This document shows positions 54,221 through 55,349 of a DNA stretch of 55,349 bases, piece by piece. The DNA lies in the IMG/VR virus record IMGVR_UViG_2124908035_000001, positions 1 to 55,349 of that record; one strand, written 5' to 3'. The translations under genes were made by a program, and so were the position numbers. The stretch comes from a virus. Taxonomy: Duplodnaviria > Caudoviricetes. The notes under the pieces are model-generated. The model was not told the origin of the DNA, searched no databases, and saw nothing but the letters and a program-made list of their open reading frames with translations. The first letter of the stretch is position 1; each line of letters opens with the position of its first letter.

Positions 54221-54495
54221 GCCAACCAGCCTCATTCAACGAACCGCGGGACGGGGAGACGGTGCTCTGCTGCACGCACCCCACCCGCATACTCAAGACC
54301 TTCTACGTCGGGGACAAAAACGGATTGGGAATGTTCATCCGATCAAAGGCGGCCGGAGACTTCTGGATTCGCTGGATCGTCCTCTGCCGATGGTGTGACT
54401 GGTGGCGAAGGCTCAGAAGGAAAGAGCCGCTCGACGCAGCTACCTGCCGGTCCAAATGGATCGACGAAGAGCCAGAGGGGAAGTGGGTAACGTGA
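54217..54495 (+). CDS. Hypothetical protein
   Basis: GAGGAG RBS; TTGA overlap. Confidence 0.45.
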   Translation: MSQPASFNEPRDGETVLCCTHPTRILKTFYVGDKNGLGMFIRSKAAGDFWIRWIVLCRWCDWWRRLRRKEPLDAATCRSKWIDEEPEGKWVT

Positions 54496-54586
54496 TGAGC
54501 GTGGCTCCCTGGTGGGTGTGGGCGGCCTTTGCCGTTCTCGTGTTGTACATCGTGTGGCCCGCATTCAAACGGAAGGGAGAATAGAC

Positions 54587-54799
54587 ATGCCGCTGATAAC
54601 TAAGATCGTTAAGCCGGAGCGGTTCACCCCGGTAGAACTGGCGAACCTCATGCTCGAGAAGTTGGGGCGGGGAGGCGTCGAGGAGACAGAACGCCGGCGG
54701 TACATTGACGCCGCGGGTCTCGCACTGGCGGACTTTGTACGTCTGGGGATCCTTTCTTGCGAGAAGGACCCGAGACCTTGCGAACGGAAGAAAGGTTGA
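54587..54799 (+). CDS. Hypothetical protein
   Basis: GGAG RBS. Confidence 0.45.
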   Translation: MPLITKIVKPERFTPVELANLMLEKLGRGGVEETERRRYIDAAGLALADFVRLGILSCEKDPRPCERKKG

Positions 54800-54800
54800 C

Positions 54801-55307
54801 ATGAGAAAGGTAATCATCAGTCGGGGCAAGCCAACGCGAATCCGACACCGCATCAATCCAGATTGGGAGAAGCGCCGGGACGAACGCGACCAGCGGATTA
54901 TGGAGCGGGAAAAACACCGTGACGAGATGTTCGAGAAGTTGGTCACGGCTGCTACCGAAGTCATAGAGCAGATGAAGGCCGAGCAGGAGTTGAAGACGCA
55001 ATTGGAAAGCCTGCCGAATTACACCGCATACCGAGGACAGAACCTCAGCAAAGCGGCGCGAGACATCTTTGATCGGATAGGCTTCGGGTACATTCTGAGA
55101 ATTCGGCCCAAGGGGGAAGCGGTCCTTATTTACCCAAAATCCAGAATACCCCGGAAACCTCCCCTCCGTGCGGAGCTGAAAGCCTCCTATGAACTGATCG
55201 ACAGCGGTCTACTGAGGCACGTTGAAGTGGAGACCCGCAACTATTTGACCGGGCTCACAGAACTTGGGATCTACAGCAAGGGCAACTTCTACTGTTGCTT
55301 GCAGTGA
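54801..55307 (+). CDS. Hypothetical protein
   Basis: AAGG upstream; ends at repeat site A. Confidence 0.55.
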   Translation: MRKVIISRGKPTRIRHRINPDWEKRRDERDQRIMEREKHRDEMFEKLVTAATEVIEQMKAEQELKTQLESLPNYTAYRGQNLSKAARDIFDRIGFGYILRIRPKGEAVLIYPKSRIPRKPPLRAELKASYELIDSGLLRHVEVETRNYLTGLTELGIYSKGNFYCCLQ

Positions 55308-55349
55308 GGGAAGAAAAAGGAGCGGAAAAAGAAACCGTAGGTTTCGTTT
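55307..55349 (+). repeat. End-repeat site A and terminal direct repeat
   Basis: agggaagaaaaagg...aaaagaaaccgtaggtttcgttt; continues at position 24 if circular. Confidence 0.9.

Overview
The window looks like a complete, probably circular, ~55.3 kb temperate bacterial virus or plasmid-prophage. It has a 23-bp terminal direct repeat and is GC-rich. An Acidobacteriota-like host is a weak inference. There is no recognisable terminase, portal, HK97 capsid, tail or FtsK/A32-type packaging ATPase. The early arm (1-20.7 kb) holds a serine resolvase/invertase, an XRE regulator, DUF5131, ASCH, a primase fragment with a VapE helicase followed by a 12-iteron origin, an SNF2-helicase/DNA-methyltransferase fusion, HNH nucleases and a ParB-like protein. 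The late arm (22.8-49.4 kb) resembles a tailless, membrane-containing virion module. It encodes a transglutaminase-like Cys protease, about 11 tail-anchored membrane proteins (many with GLG-type leaders), proteins segmented by Asn-Pro (NP) motifs, a run of paralogous beta-rich capsid-like proteins, an LVIVD propeller spike, signal-peptide-bearing fibres and lysis genes. The NP proteins include an apparent 8-module polyprotein and an Arg-rich condensing protein. A tRNA cluster (including an 8/4 tRNA-Ser), a TnpB without TnpA and Ig/FN3 proteins follow. The most striking observations are four: (i) an NP-delimited polyprotein plus protease system; (ii) two endonucleases hidden in the +1 frame of the helicase-MTase gene, one inside an intein; (iii) a family of GAAACC-N3-GGTTTC end-repeats that bracket gene cassettes near the serine recombinase; (iv) a TnpB coupled to a tiny Zn-finger peptide under a virus-type promoter. 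Family calls come from reading motifs by eye; no searches were run.
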